From the NCBI GenBank assembly GCA_002450015.1, contig DJYG01000037.1, positions 3,149-67,148 on the forward strand: a stretch of 64,000 nt of DNA, in the 5' to 3' direction. Of the stretch, positions 29,080-38,643 are shown in pieces. The notes beneath the pieces are model-generated. The model searched no databases. It had not been told where the DNA came from and saw only the letters and a program-made list of their open reading frames with translations. The DNA comes from Cyanobacteria bacterium UBA6984. GTDB lineage: Bacteria; Cyanobacteriota; Vampirovibrionia; Gastranaerophilales; Gastranaerophilaceae. Each line of letters starts with the position of its first letter. Position 1 is the stretch's first letter. The translations under genes and the position numbers were made by a program.

Positions 29080-30222
29080 ATGAAAGACAAGAATTTTTTA
29101 ATGATACCGGGACCAACTCCTGTTCCTGAAAGTGTATTGCTTGCAATGGCAAAGCATCCGATAGGACATAGAAGCAGCGAGTTTTCAAAAATTTTGGAAG
29201 AAGTTTATACAAATTTAAAATACGTATTTCAAACAAAAAATGATGTATTCATGTTTGCATCAAGCGGTACAGGTGCAATGGACGCAGCAATTTCAAATCT
29301 TGTAAACGAAGGTGATGATGTTTTATCACTCGTTTTGGGTAATTTTGGAAAACGCTGGGCAAAGATTGCCGCAGGTTATGGCGCAAATGTTGATACTATT
29401 GAAGTGAAAGCAGGAGAAGTTATAAACCCTGAAGATGTTAGAAAAAAATTACAGGAAAAAAACTATAAAATTGTTACCTTAACACATTCTGAAACCTCAA
29501 CGGGTGCTAAAAATGATGTTGAAGCTATTTGTAAAATTATTAGAGAAACTGACGCAATTTCTGTTGTTGACGGAGTTACAAGTGTTAGTGCTATGAATGT
29601 TAAGCCTGATGAATGGGGAATTGATGTTCTTGTTTCAGGCTCTCAAAAAGGGTTTATGATTCCTCCAGGACTCGCATTTTTAACTGCAAACGAAAAAGCT
29701 TGGAAAGTTCATGAGCAATGCAAACACCCTAGTTTTTACTTTAGTTGGGATGCACATAGAAAATCGGTAAGAGAAAACTCTACACCTTATACAGCAGCGG
29801 TAAATCTTATTTTCGCACTTCAAGAAGCCTTGAAAATGATTAAAGAAGAAGGTTTAGAAAATATTTTTGCCCGTCATGAAAGACTAGCGCTTGGCTTAAG
29901 ACATTCTTTAAGAGCAATGGGACTTGAATTACTTGTAAAAGAAGATAAAAATGCAAGTTATTCAATTACTTCTGTCATTCCTCCTGAAGGAATTTCTGTT
30001 CCTGATATAAGAAGTCATTTAAACAAAGATTTTGATATTGTTGTTGCAAACGGTCAAAATGATTTGAAAGATAAAATTTTTAGAATGGGTACTCTTGGCT
30101 TTGTTTCAGATAGAGATTTGTTAACCGCGGTTTCATCTTTAGAAACTGTTTTGGCAAGACTAGGATACAAATTTGAAGTTGGAATTGGTACAAAAACTGC
30201 TATTGAGTGGTTGAATAAATAG
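29080..30222 (+). CDS. class V aminotransferase (alanine-glyoxylate / serine-pyruvate aminotransferase family)
   Basis: MIPGPTPVP, SSGTGAMDA, SGSQKGFMIPPGL. Confidence 0.85.
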   Translation: MKDKNFLMIPGPTPVPESVLLAMAKHPIGHRSSEFSKILEEVYTNLKYVFQTKNDVFMFASSGTGAMDAAISNLVNEGDDVLSLVLGNFGKRWAKIAAGYGANVDTIEVKAGEVINPEDVRKKLQEKNYKIVTLTHSETSTGAKNDVEAICKIIRETDAISVVDGVTSVSAMNVKPDEWGIDVLVSGSQKGFMIPPGLAFLTANEKAWKVHEQCKHPSFYFSWDAHRKSVRENSTPYTAAVNLIFALQEALKMIKEEGLENIFARHERLALGLRHSLRAMGLELLVKEDKNASYSITSVIPPEGISVPDIRSHLNKDFDIVVANGQNDLKDKIFRMGTLGFVSDRDLLTAVSSLETVLARLGYKFEVGIGTKTAIEWLNK

Positions 30223-30223
30223 C

Positions 30224-30262
30224 AAAATTGGGCGGTATTTTCAATACCGCCCAATTTTATTT
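30224..30262. terminator. bidirectional rho-independent terminator between convergent aminotransferase and ACT genes
   Basis: Perfect 16-bp stem AAAATTGGGCGGTATT / AATACCGCCCAATTTT with a 3-nt loop, flanked by A-run and T-run. Confidence 0.85.
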
Positions 30263-30267
30263 TAAGT

Positions 30268-30546
30268 TTATATATTATGCATTTTATCAAAAATTTCTTT
30301 TTTCTGAATCCATATTTCCATATCCAGTTCAGTAGCTTTATCAATTAAAGCTTGTTTTAATTCTTTAAATGTTTTTGTTGTATTTGAAATATCTCCTAAA
30401 AGAAACATTACGAATTGACCTTGCATAAGTGTTTGCTTAATATCTTCTACATTTACATTAAATTCTGCCAGTACCGTTGTAAATTTCATTACGATTCCGA
30501 CCTGATCTTGACCTGAGATAGTAACTATTATTTTTTGTCCGTCCAT
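30268..30546 (-). CDS. ACT domain-containing protein (small UPF0237-like)
   Basis: IIVTISGQDQVGIVMKFTTVLAEFNVNVEDIKQT. 92 aa. Confidence 0.7.
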   Translation of the reverse strand: MDGQKIIVTISGQDQVGIVMKFTTVLAEFNVNVEDIKQTLMQGQFVMFLLGDISNTTKTFKELKQALIDKATELDMEIWIQKKEIFDKMHNI

Positions 30547-30606
30547 AATTCACCTTGTTTAAATGTGTAACTTATGATAAAATAATAACATAAAAAGGGA
30601 GTTTGA

Positions 30607-31623
30607 ATGAAACTTTTAGTTGTAGATGATAATGCCACTAATTTAAAAATTTTATCGATGCTTTTATCAAAAGAAGGTTATGATGTTAAGACCGCAAATT
30701 CAAAAGAAAATGCAATAGATAAAATGTCAGCATCTATCGATTTGGTAATTATTGATGCAACAGATTTTCAAGGATACGATACTTGTAAATCAATAAAAGG
30801 TATTGACGAATATAAAAATATTCCAGTTATATTAATTTCTCGTAAATCTAACACTGATGATATTGTAAAAGCATTTGCATCAGGCGCAAGTGATTATATC
30901 TCAGCACCATTTAAACCCGAAGATGTAAAAAATCGTGTTAAAACTCAATTGGAATTGAGAAATTTACAAAATAATGCTGAAGTTCAAAAAATTACAGATT
31001 CTCAACTTGAGCATATTTTTTCACTTGCAAAGTCTGCTCAATCAAAGGATGATGATTCAGGTAAACATTTGGAACGTGTGAAAAAATATTGTGTGGTATT
31101 AGCAAAAGAACTTACTAAGCCAATATATAAACAAGCAATTACACCGGAATTTATTAAAAATATTGAACTTGCAGCTCCATTACACGATATAGGAAAAGTT
31201 GGAATTCCAGATGAGATTGTTTTAAAGCCTGATAAATTAACTGAATCTGAATACGAACAAATGAAAGAACATACAGTAATTGGTTATAATATGCTAAAAG
31301 AAGTATATGACCAATTTGATGGAAATAGTTTTATAAAGATGGCAATGAATATTGCACGTTACCATCATGAAAGATACGATGGAAAAGGTTATCCCGACGG
31401 ATTAAAGAAAACAGATATTCCTCTTGAGGCTCGTATTATGGCTGTGGCTGATGTTTATGATGCACTGAGGTGCCAAAAACCTTATCATGACTCGCTTTCC
31501 CATGAAAAAAGTTTTGAAGTTATAAAAGGCGGTAGGGAACTTCAATTTGACTATATTATGGTAAAAGCTTTAAAGAAAGTTCACCATGAGTTTGAAAGAA
31601 TTTGGGACTCAATGCCTGATTAG
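30607..31623 (+). CDS. response regulator with HD-GYP output domain (RpfG-like)
   Basis: REC: LLVVDDNATN, SDYISAPF. HD-GYP: PLHDIGKVGIPD, HHERYDGKGYPDGL. Confidence 0.9.
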   Translation: MKLLVVDDNATNLKILSMLLSKEGYDVKTANSKENAIDKMSASIDLVIIDATDFQGYDTCKSIKGIDEYKNIPVILISRKSNTDDIVKAFASGASDYISAPFKPEDVKNRVKTQLELRNLQNNAEVQKITDSQLEHIFSLAKSAQSKDDDSGKHLERVKKYCVVLAKELTKPIYKQAITPEFIKNIELAAPLHDIGKVGIPDEIVLKPDKLTESEYEQMKEHTVIGYNMLKEVYDQFDGNSFIKMAMNIARYHHERYDGKGYPDGLKKTDIPLEARIMAVADVYDALRCQKPYHDSLSHEKSFEVIKGGRELQFDYIMVKALKKVHHEFERIWDSMPD

Positions 31624-31630
31624 TTATTTT

Positions 31631-33169
31631 TTAAACTTCTTCGTTATCTAATTTTTTAAACCAGTTTTTGTTAAATGCGTATGCAATTCGGTGTCTTTTT
31701 GCGTATTCACATAAATCTCTTTTTATTTCAGGAGCTAAAACATACATTGTTATAATATTTGGAACAGACATCGAAATCATCATTGCATCTGTTATATTAA
31801 TAACAGAGCGTAAATTCATAACTGAGCCTATTATTATGAATGCGCAATATGCTAATTGGAAAATAACAGTTCTTTTATATCCTTCACCGAATAAAAAGTT
31901 CCAAGCTTTTTGTCCGTAGTATGCCCAAGAGATTAAAGTTGATAATCCGAACAATACAACTACAACTGCCAAAATATAAGGGAAGAACGATATTACAGAT
32001 GAAAATGCAGTAGATGTCATTTGAATACCTGAAATACTACCGGCTTCAACATGATAATTGTTTGTAATAGTAATAACAAATGCTGTTAACAAGCACAATA
32101 AACCTGTTAAGAAAGGTTCTATTAATGAAACAAAGCCTTGTGATAGCGGTTCATTTGTTTTAACAGTAGCATAAGCAATCGGAGCAGAACCTGTTCCTGC
32201 TTCATTACACTGTACAGAACGTCTTAGCCCCATAATTATTGTTCCAAATATACCACCTGCGACAGCTTCAGGAAAAAATGCTTGTTTTACAATTATAGCT
32301 AAAGCGTGAGGAATATTTAAAATATTTGCCGCAATTACAATCAATCCTGAAATTATGTATAGCGCACACATAAAAGGTACAACTTTTTCTGTAACTTTTG
32401 CGATACCTTTTATTCCACCGACAACAATTAAACCTACAATAATAGCAACAGTCAAACCAATAATCCAATTTTGTCCGTACAAAATACTGTTTTCTCCGCC
32501 GGTAATATTAACAATTTGCTGAGTTGCTTGGTTTATTTGAATCATATTACCACCGGTAATACCACCAAAAATACATAACCAAGCAAATATAACAGATAAT
32601 GGTTGACCAAGCCAACGTAACTTTTTACGAGTCAGACCGTGTGCCATATAATGCATTGGACCACCTGATATTGTTCCATCAAGATTAAATCGTCTATATT
32701 TTACTGCAAGTGAGGCTTCTACAAATTTTAAAGACATTCCAAATATTGAGCCGACAAAAATCCAAAAAGCAGCGCCTGGCCCACCTAAAGAAATTGCAAT
32801 TGCTACACCGGCAATACTTCCCAATCCTATTGTTCCCGATAAGGCTGTTGCTAATGCTTGGAATGAAGATACTTCTCCGTTTTCGTCACTTTGTTCAACA
32901 GGTTTTCTTAATATTTCAATTGCGTGTTTAAAACCCCATATAGCAATACCACGCAAATAAACAGTAAAAAATATACCTGCAAACAGTATCCAAAATATGA
33001 TTATAGGAACATCTGTTCCTGCAATTGAAATGGGAAAGAATATCCAACTAGCTATTTTATCAGAAATTGGAGCTACATATTTGTCAAGTGTTGCGTCAAT
33101 ATTATATGCATAGCATTGTTGTTGTGATGCCGCAATTAACACTAATATAGAAAACAAAAATTTATACAT
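31631..33169 (-). CDS. alanine/glycine:cation symporter (AGCS) family transporter
   Basis: Polytopic membrane protein. GGPGAAFWIFVGSIFGM, RRSVQCNEAGTGSAPIA. Confidence 0.9.
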   Translation of the reverse strand: MYKFLFSILVLIAASQQQCYAYNIDATLDKYVAPISDKIASWIFFPISIAGTDVPIIIFWILFAGIFFTVYLRGIAIWGFKHAIEILRKPVEQSDENGEVSSFQALATALSGTIGLGSIAGVAIAISLGGPGAAFWIFVGSIFGMSLKFVEASLAVKYRRFNLDGTISGGPMHYMAHGLTRKKLRWLGQPLSVIFAWLCIFGGITGGNMIQINQATQQIVNITGGENSILYGQNWIIGLTVAIIVGLIVVGGIKGIAKVTEKVVPFMCALYIISGLIVIAANILNIPHALAIIVKQAFFPEAVAGGIFGTIIMGLRRSVQCNEAGTGSAPIAYATVKTNEPLSQGFVSLIEPFLTGLLCLLTAFVITITNNYHVEAGSISGIQMTSTAFSSVISFFPYILAVVVVLFGLSTLISWAYYGQKAWNFLFGEGYKRTVIFQLAYCAFIIIGSVMNLRSVINITDAMMISMSVPNIITMYVLAPEIKRDLCEYAKRHRIAYAFNKNWFKKLDNEEV

Positions 33170-33255
33170 TAAAATATCCTAACTTCCTGTTAAATATTAA
33201 GCAAATAGCTTGTATGCTATAATTATAGCAAAAATATATACACAACTTTTAACCT

Positions 33256-34329
33256 TTATATAATCTTTAGGATATTTTGTAAATATCTATTGGCACAATC
33301 CACGGATTTATAGGAATTAACAGTGTTGTAACAATTTTGTAATATAACTTTTATCTTTTGTTCAGGTAAGCTGAGAACTCGTTCTAAAACTCTTTTTATA
33401 TCTTTAGTTGTTATATGTTTATTTGTATTATTTTTAATTAAAAACCCGTTTATTTCATCTTGTATTATTCCATCAATGCCATCATTTTTTACACCGATAG
33501 TTAAGCATCCGCTTGCCATAGCTTCTAAATAAACCATTCCAAAAGTTTCATTAATGCTTGGAAGAACAAAAATATCTGATTGTTTCATTTTTTCTAATAC
33601 TTTTGAATGTTCTAAATAACCTGTAAATTCAATGTTATCATTCGCTATTTTTATTAAATTTTTATATTCCTTTCCGTCACCAATTACAGTAAGGTGAAAT
33701 TGAGGCATATCATTTACGGCAAATATAAGTTTGTCAATGTTCTTGCGACTTATTAAATTTGCACATGTTAAAATATTTACTCTTGAAGTTTTTTCAGAAA
33801 GTTGAGGTTCAAAGTCAATACCACTTTCACACAAAAAAGTTTTGTTTTTATATTCAGGAAAAATATTTAAAAATTTTTCTTTTAAAACTTCACTTCTACA
33901 AGCAATACCATTGGCATTTTTGTACGCTTTTTTCATTTGACTTTTAAAATATATTGAATAAATCGGATTTGTTAAAACTTCAATATCAGAATTATGCACT
34001 GCACATATTTTTTTTCCGTGTAATTTATTGGAAAAAATTATTCCTGATGGCATGTGGGCTATAATTACATCATAATTAAGTTTTGGTAATTTTTTTGAAA
34101 CATCAAATAAAAACGGCGTTATGTAATTAACATTATAAATATTGTTATAATATCCTGTTTTATAAAATGGTTTGTGTCTTATAAATGAATTAAGCAAAAA
34201 ATTAGGTTTAATAACATCAACCTGATTACCTGATTTTTGCCATTCTTGCGCAAAAGATAAAATGGTTTTCGGGGTTTTTATTTCTTTTTCTGAAACAGGA
34301 TATAAATCAGTAACTAAAAGAATTTTCAT
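33256..34329 (-). CDS. GT-B (family 4-like) glycosyltransferase
   Basis: MKILLVTDLYP start. C-terminal ETFGMVYLEAMASGCLTIG. Confidence 0.8.
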   Translation of the reverse strand: MKILLVTDLYPVSEKEIKTPKTILSFAQEWQKSGNQVDVIKPNFLLNSFIRHKPFYKTGYYNNIYNVNYITPFLFDVSKKLPKLNYDVIIAHMPSGIIFSNKLHGKKICAVHNSDIEVLTNPIYSIYFKSQMKKAYKNANGIACRSEVLKEKFLNIFPEYKNKTFLCESGIDFEPQLSEKTSRVNILTCANLISRKNIDKLIFAVNDMPQFHLTVIGDGKEYKNLIKIANDNIEFTGYLEHSKVLEKMKQSDIFVLPSINETFGMVYLEAMASGCLTIGVKNDGIDGIIQDEINGFLIKNNTNKHITTKDIKRVLERVLSLPEQKIKVILQNCYNTVNSYKSVDCANRYLQNILKII

Positions 34330-34367
34330 AATAAAATTCTATCACAAATTAATATATGCATGTTTTG

Positions 34368-35069
34368 TTATTTGCAAGATGTTTTTACGCCAAATTGCAA
34401 TTTTTTCCCGTCAGGGCAATTGCCGTCACTTCCAAGCTTTAAATAGTCCATGTTATGATTTATTAAAACCCATTCTGCCGCGTGTGATGATGATAATTGA
34501 TCAGGAAAAGAAGTATAAATACAGCCGACAAATGAATTATATAAACTGCAACCTATGTCATGATTAACGTGATTTTTGTCATTAATACGAAGAGTAAAAA
34601 AATCTTTTCCTGCTGTATTAGGACCTTTATTTAGTCCATCTATATCTACAAGTATACTATAAACAGCATCATACATAAATCCAACAGTAGATCCGTCTGC
34701 TAATATTACATTATATTTTGCTGTAGTATAGCTATCACCTCCACTTGTTCCACCTTTATCAAATACTGCAGAACATTCAGTTACAGTACAAGCTTTAGAA
34801 TATTTCATAAATTCAGTTATTCTATCAAACATTCTTTTTTCTTTTTTCTCTTGAGTATTATCGTTAATAAACCATTCCTCAAAAGGTCCATATACAGCTT
34901 CGGCTCTGCCAATGGCGTCTTGTAGGTTTGAATATATCTTTTGTAATTTTGCAATTTTTTCTTTTTCACCAGTCGAGGAGTTTAAGTTTGGAAGTGTTAG
35001 CGCTGCTACAACACCAATTATACCCATTACAATCAGTGTTTCTGCCAATGTAAATGCAAAATTTTTCAT
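34368..35069 (-). CDS. prepilin-type N-terminal cleavage/methylation domain protein (type IV pilin / pseudopilin-like)
   Basis: MKNFA|FTLAETLIVMGIIGVVAALTLPNL. Paralog of ORF 42884..43603, sharing the C-terminal NMDYLK...G.CP.G...TSCK. Confidence 0.8.
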   Translation of the reverse strand: MKNFAFTLAETLIVMGIIGVVAALTLPNLNSSTGEKEKIAKLQKIYSNLQDAIGRAEAVYGPFEEWFINDNTQEKKEKRMFDRITEFMKYSKACTVTECSAVFDKGGTSGGDSYTTAKYNVILADGSTVGFMYDAVYSILVDIDGLNKGPNTAGKDFFTLRINDKNHVNHDIGCSLYNSFVGCIYTSFPDQLSSSHAAEWVLINHNMDYLKLGSDGNCPDGKKLQFGVKTSCK

Positions 35070-35180
35070 TAATCAAACCTCTTAAATTAAATATATAATA
35101 TCATATTAATTGATATATATATCATAAAACATGATAATAATATCATAGAATTTGATTTTGTAAAGGCATAACATATAGTT

Positions 35181-35393
35181 ATGTATGATTTAGTTTTATT
35201 AGGAAAAAAATTAAAAATTGAACGAATAAAAAACGACCTTTCGCAAGAAAAGCTTGCAGAAAAGGTTGGAGTATCAACAAGAACAATTTCATTAATAGAA
35301 AGCGGATTACAACATCCAAAATTCTTTCTTGTTGTTAAGCTGTCAGAAGTTCTGAATTTTGATATAAATATTTTATTGGACAGTAATTTATAG
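35181..35393 (+). CDS. XRE-family HTH transcriptional regulator (small)
   Basis: LGKKLKIERIKNDLSQEKLAEKVGVSTRTISLIESG. Divergent from the pilin-like gene. Confidence 0.8.
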   Translation: MYDLVLLGKKLKIERIKNDLSQEKLAEKVGVSTRTISLIESGLQHPKFFLVVKLSEVLNFDINILLDSNL

Positions 35394-35483
35394 TCATTTC
35401 AAATATTTCATTTAAAAAGATTACCTTGTTTGCTTAATATAAAGAGTGTGTTTTTTTGTGATGAAATTTTTTAATCTATATTT

Positions 35484-36086
35484 ATGAATATAGGTAAGCC
35501 TCAATACAAAAAAATGCCTCTTGAAGAAGTTGTTATATTGGCAACGCAGAATGATTGCAGAGCGTTAGAAGAATTAATTCAAAGAGAGCAAAAGAATATT
35601 TTTGCAACTTTTACCTATTTAGCTAAAAAAACGGATAATGTATATGATTTAACTCAAGAAGCTTTAATGCGTATGGCAAAAGGGATTATAAATCTTAGAA
35701 ATCCTAAAACATTTAAAAGTTGGTTAAATCATATTGTTATGAATTTATTTTACGATAATTTGCGTAAAATAAATCGTATTCCGCCGATAATTTCAATAGA
35801 TGAGGAAAATGAAAACGAAAAATTTGTAACAAATCCTCAAAATTTTATTCCCGACAAAAAATGTAAACCTCTTGAAAAATGTATTTCTAATGAATTAGAC
35901 CGAATGATAAAGCATGAAATGCAACAATTACCGGAACATTTTAGAGTTCCTATTGTGTTGAGAGAGCTTCAAGGGCTTTCGTATGAAGAAATTGCAGAAG
36001 TTACCAAAACGAATGTTGGGACTGTAAAATCTCGAATTTCAAGAGCAAGAAGCCGTCTGCAAGATGGACTGAAAGATTACATATAA
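35484..36086 (+). CDS. ECF-type RNA polymerase sigma-70 family factor
   Basis: Region 2 DLTQEALMRMAKG...FKSWLNHIVMNLFYD. Region 4 LQGLSYEEIAEVTKTNVGTVKSRISRARSRL. Confidence 0.85.
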   Translation: MNIGKPQYKKMPLEEVVILATQNDCRALEELIQREQKNIFATFTYLAKKTDNVYDLTQEALMRMAKGIINLRNPKTFKSWLNHIVMNLFYDNLRKINRIPPIISIDEENENEKFVTNPQNFIPDKKCKPLEKCISNELDRMIKHEMQQLPEHFRVPIVLRELQGLSYEEIAEVTKTNVGTVKSRISRARSRLQDGLKDYI

Positions 36087-36112
36087 ATAAATTATATATA
36101 AAGGAGCAAAAA

Positions 36113-36661
36113 ATGAAAAATGAAGATTTAGCGTGTAGTCAAGTTATAGCACTGCTTTCATACTATATAGACGGAAAAACAAATTATCAGGTTACAAATT
36201 TTATACAATCTCATTTGTGTAAATGTAAATCTTGCAGAGAAAAATATGAAATTATGTCTAAAGTTTTTGAAGATTTGAATGCAGCAAAAGAAAAAATTGA
36301 CAAAATTGAGCCCCAAAAAATAATACCAATATCTTCTTATAGTGAAAGTTTTAAAGAAAAAATGTCGGCATATCTCGATAGTGAATTATCTGATGATGAA
36401 ATATTAAAATTTAAAAAGTATGCGATTGCTAATCCACCTGTAAGAGGTGAATTAGAAGGTATGTATAAAATAAAAAATGCATTAAACAATTCTTTCGAAA
36501 AAACAAAAAATGATTTTAAAGAAGATTTTACAAAGGATATCATTGTAAGACTGGATATTCAAGAGGCAGTTAACGTGCAAGAACCAATATTAAAAATAGC
36601 ATCAATATTTATATTTTTAATGGTATTTTTTTCTGTTGGACTTCTTGTTTTTTTAATGTAA
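36113..36661 (+). CDS. anti-sigma factor (zf-HC2 type, single C-terminal TM helix)
   Basis: H-x3-C-x2-C motif in SHLCKCKSC. C-terminal ILKIASIFIFLMVFFSVGLLVFLM. Lies immediately downstream of the ECF sigma gene. Confidence 0.7.
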   Translation: MKNEDLACSQVIALLSYYIDGKTNYQVTNFIQSHLCKCKSCREKYEIMSKVFEDLNAAKEKIDKIEPQKIIPISSYSESFKEKMSAYLDSELSDDEILKFKKYAIANPPVRGELEGMYKIKNALNNSFEKTKNDFKEDFTKDIIVRLDIQEAVNVQEPILKIASIFIFLMVFFSVGLLVFLM

Positions 36662-37651
36662 AAATATAAACAATAATGATGCGCAGCATAGCGCAGGTCC
36701 AAACGGAAGGTGAAAAATTTCTTCTTTTTCAGAAGAAATTTTCGTTTCTTCTGATTCATTCTTAAGCATTTCTTCGTTAAGTTCAACAAGATTTTTAGGT
36801 AATGTATCAAGAATTCTTTTGCAAAGAATTGCTCCAATTATTATTAATAATATTGATACTGCAATATGCGGATATATACAATTACAACTTGCGCATATTG
36901 CAAATATTAAAAATTCAGCTAATGTTATATAATCTTTCTTTTTAATAAGTTTAACAAAATAAATAGGTAAAAATGTTAAAATTTGTATTCCGACTGCAAC
37001 AGCCAAAATTATAAGAATATGTTTCCAGCCAAAGCATGCTCCAAGCGCACCTGCAATAAAAATGTCACCGGGGCCGATAATCATAGTTTTTAATACCAAA
37101 TATCCCAAACCAAAATATGCGCTTATAATAGCTGCACCTAGCAACAAACCCAGTATTGATGCTATAAATGAAGTTTGAAATATCCAAACATTACCTTCAT
37201 ATAAATTGCCGAAATTAAAATAGTTATACAAGATACCAAAAAATGCCAAAATATAACTGTGCAAATTAAATGCGACATGTTCTTTTATATCTGTTGTAGA
37301 AATTATTATAAATAAAGAAATGAAAATAATGATAAAAATAGTGTTAAATGTATAACCAAATTTTAAAAATGTCATTAAGTATAAATACCCTGTTAAAAAT
37401 TCAACAATAGGATATTGAATAGAAATCTTTTCTTTGCAAAATGCGCATTTACCTCTTAAAAAAATATACGATAATAATGGTATGTTATGCCACCATTTTA
37501 AAGGTTTTTGACACTTTGGACATTTTGACGGAGGATTAACTATTGATTCGTTGCTCAAAGCTCTTAAAATAACTACATTTAAAAAACTTCCGATACTAAT
37601 CCCTGTTATAAATACAAATATACTTACGACAACATCTAAATCAAAATTCAT
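36653..37651 (-). CDS. pilD: prepilin peptidase (A24 family, PilD-like)
   Basis: CPKCQKPLKWWHNIPLLSYIFLRGKCAFCKEKISIQYPIVE N-domain, multiple TM helices, IIGPGDIFIAGALG. Confidence 0.9.
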   Translation of the reverse strand: MNFDLDVVVSIFVFITGISIGSFLNVVILRALSNESIVNPPSKCPKCQKPLKWWHNIPLLSYIFLRGKCAFCKEKISIQYPIVEFLTGYLYLMTFLKFGYTFNTIFIIIFISLFIIISTTDIKEHVAFNLHSYILAFFGILYNYFNFGNLYEGNVWIFQTSFIASILGLLLGAAIISAYFGLGYLVLKTMIIGPGDIFIAGALGACFGWKHILIILAVAVGIQILTFLPIYFVKLIKKKDYITLAEFLIFAICASCNCIYPHIAVSILLIIIGAILCKRILDTLPKNLVELNEEMLKNESEETKISSEKEEIFHLPFGPALCCASLLFIFLH

Positions 37652-37656
37652 AATGT

Positions 37657-38451
37657 TTAATCTCTTTCATACTGATTTTTTTCTGTAATAACGTTATAAA
37701 TTTCAGCTAAAGCTCTTTTTAATCTTCTTGAAACTTGCATTTGGGAAATATTTAATCTTTCTGCAATTTCACGTTGATTTAAATCTTCATAATAACTGAG
37801 TTCAACCACTTCTTTAAGATTTTGCGGTAATTCTTTAATTGCATTTGAAAGCATAATTTTTTCTTCATAAGCATTCAAAAATTCTTGATAATCACCGGCA
37901 GGAATTTTGTCAGCCAGTGAAAAACAGTCTTCTTCACTATTAGAAAACGTTTGATCAAGTGAAATTGTACTTTTTCTTCTGTCAACTTCAATGACATCGT
38001 TAATTTTTTTTACAGGAAGTGACATAGCTTCTGCTATTTGTTCATTTGTCGGATTTTCAACACCATTTTCAGACAATTGTTTTATAACAGCATTAATTCT
38101 AAAAGCAAGTTCTTGAATTTCTCTTGGAGCTTTTATCATTGAAGCTTTATCACGCAGATAATGTCTTATTTCACCAGTAATCAGGTAGCTTGCGTATGTT
38201 TTAAATTTGGTGCTTATTGAAGGGTCAAAAAATTCAATAGCTTTAATCAAGCCCAAAGAACCAACCTGAACTAAATCATCAACAGGGTCTGTTGCACGTC
38301 TTGCAAGTGAACATGCTATTTTTTTTACAAGCGGCATTGTTGCAATTACAATCAAATTTTGTAATTGTTTTTTTTGTTTTTCATCGGTCGAATTTTTATA
38401 CTCTATAAGCCAGTCATTTATTTGTATTGTGGCTTCATCCGAAATTGCCAT
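37657..38451 (-). CDS. group 3 sigma-70 family factor (SigF/SigB/FliA-like)
   Basis: DLVQVGSLGLIKAIEFFD, YASYLITGEIRHYLRD, region 4 LNQREIAERLNISQMQVSRRLKRAL. Confidence 0.85.
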   Translation of the reverse strand: MAISDEATIQINDWLIEYKNSTDEKQKKQLQNLIVIATMPLVKKIACSLARRATDPVDDLVQVGSLGLIKAIEFFDPSISTKFKTYASYLITGEIRHYLRDKASMIKAPREIQELAFRINAVIKQLSENGVENPTNEQIAEAMSLPVKKINDVIEVDRRKSTISLDQTFSNSEEDCFSLADKIPAGDYQEFLNAYEEKIMLSNAIKELPQNLKEVVELSYYEDLNQREIAERLNISQMQVSRRLKRALAEIYNVITEKNQYERD

Positions 38452-38643
38452 GCCAACCTCGATATATCTCTATAATATCTACAAAAATATTATAACATAA
38501 AAATCTTGTAACGAATTATTACAAATGTGTCATGAAAATACAAAATTTTAGCAACTTTTTTTTTGAGTGTACTTATAAAACATGTGTAGTGTTTATTAAT
38601 TAGAAAATTATTGTTCACTTTATAAATTTAGAAAGGTATTCTA

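Noticed and set aside
35150-35183. TTGATT-N16-TATAGT promoter-like hexamers immediately upstream of the first XRE gene, considered as a third leaderless promoter
   Set aside because: The -10-like hexamer ends only 1 nt before the ATG, which is too close for initiation at the start codon. The real promoter or the real start codon must lie elsewhere.
38490-38515. TTGTAAcgaattaTTACAA palindrome in the sigma-factor/DHH intergenic region, considered as a second copy of the GTAAC-N6-GTTAC site or as an NtcA-type GTA-N8-TAC site
   Set aside because: The geometry is 6-7-6, not 5-6-5. The GTA/TAC spacing is 9 here and 10 at the 49254 site, so neither fits NtcA (N8). Short AT-rich palindromes are expected by chance at this base composition.
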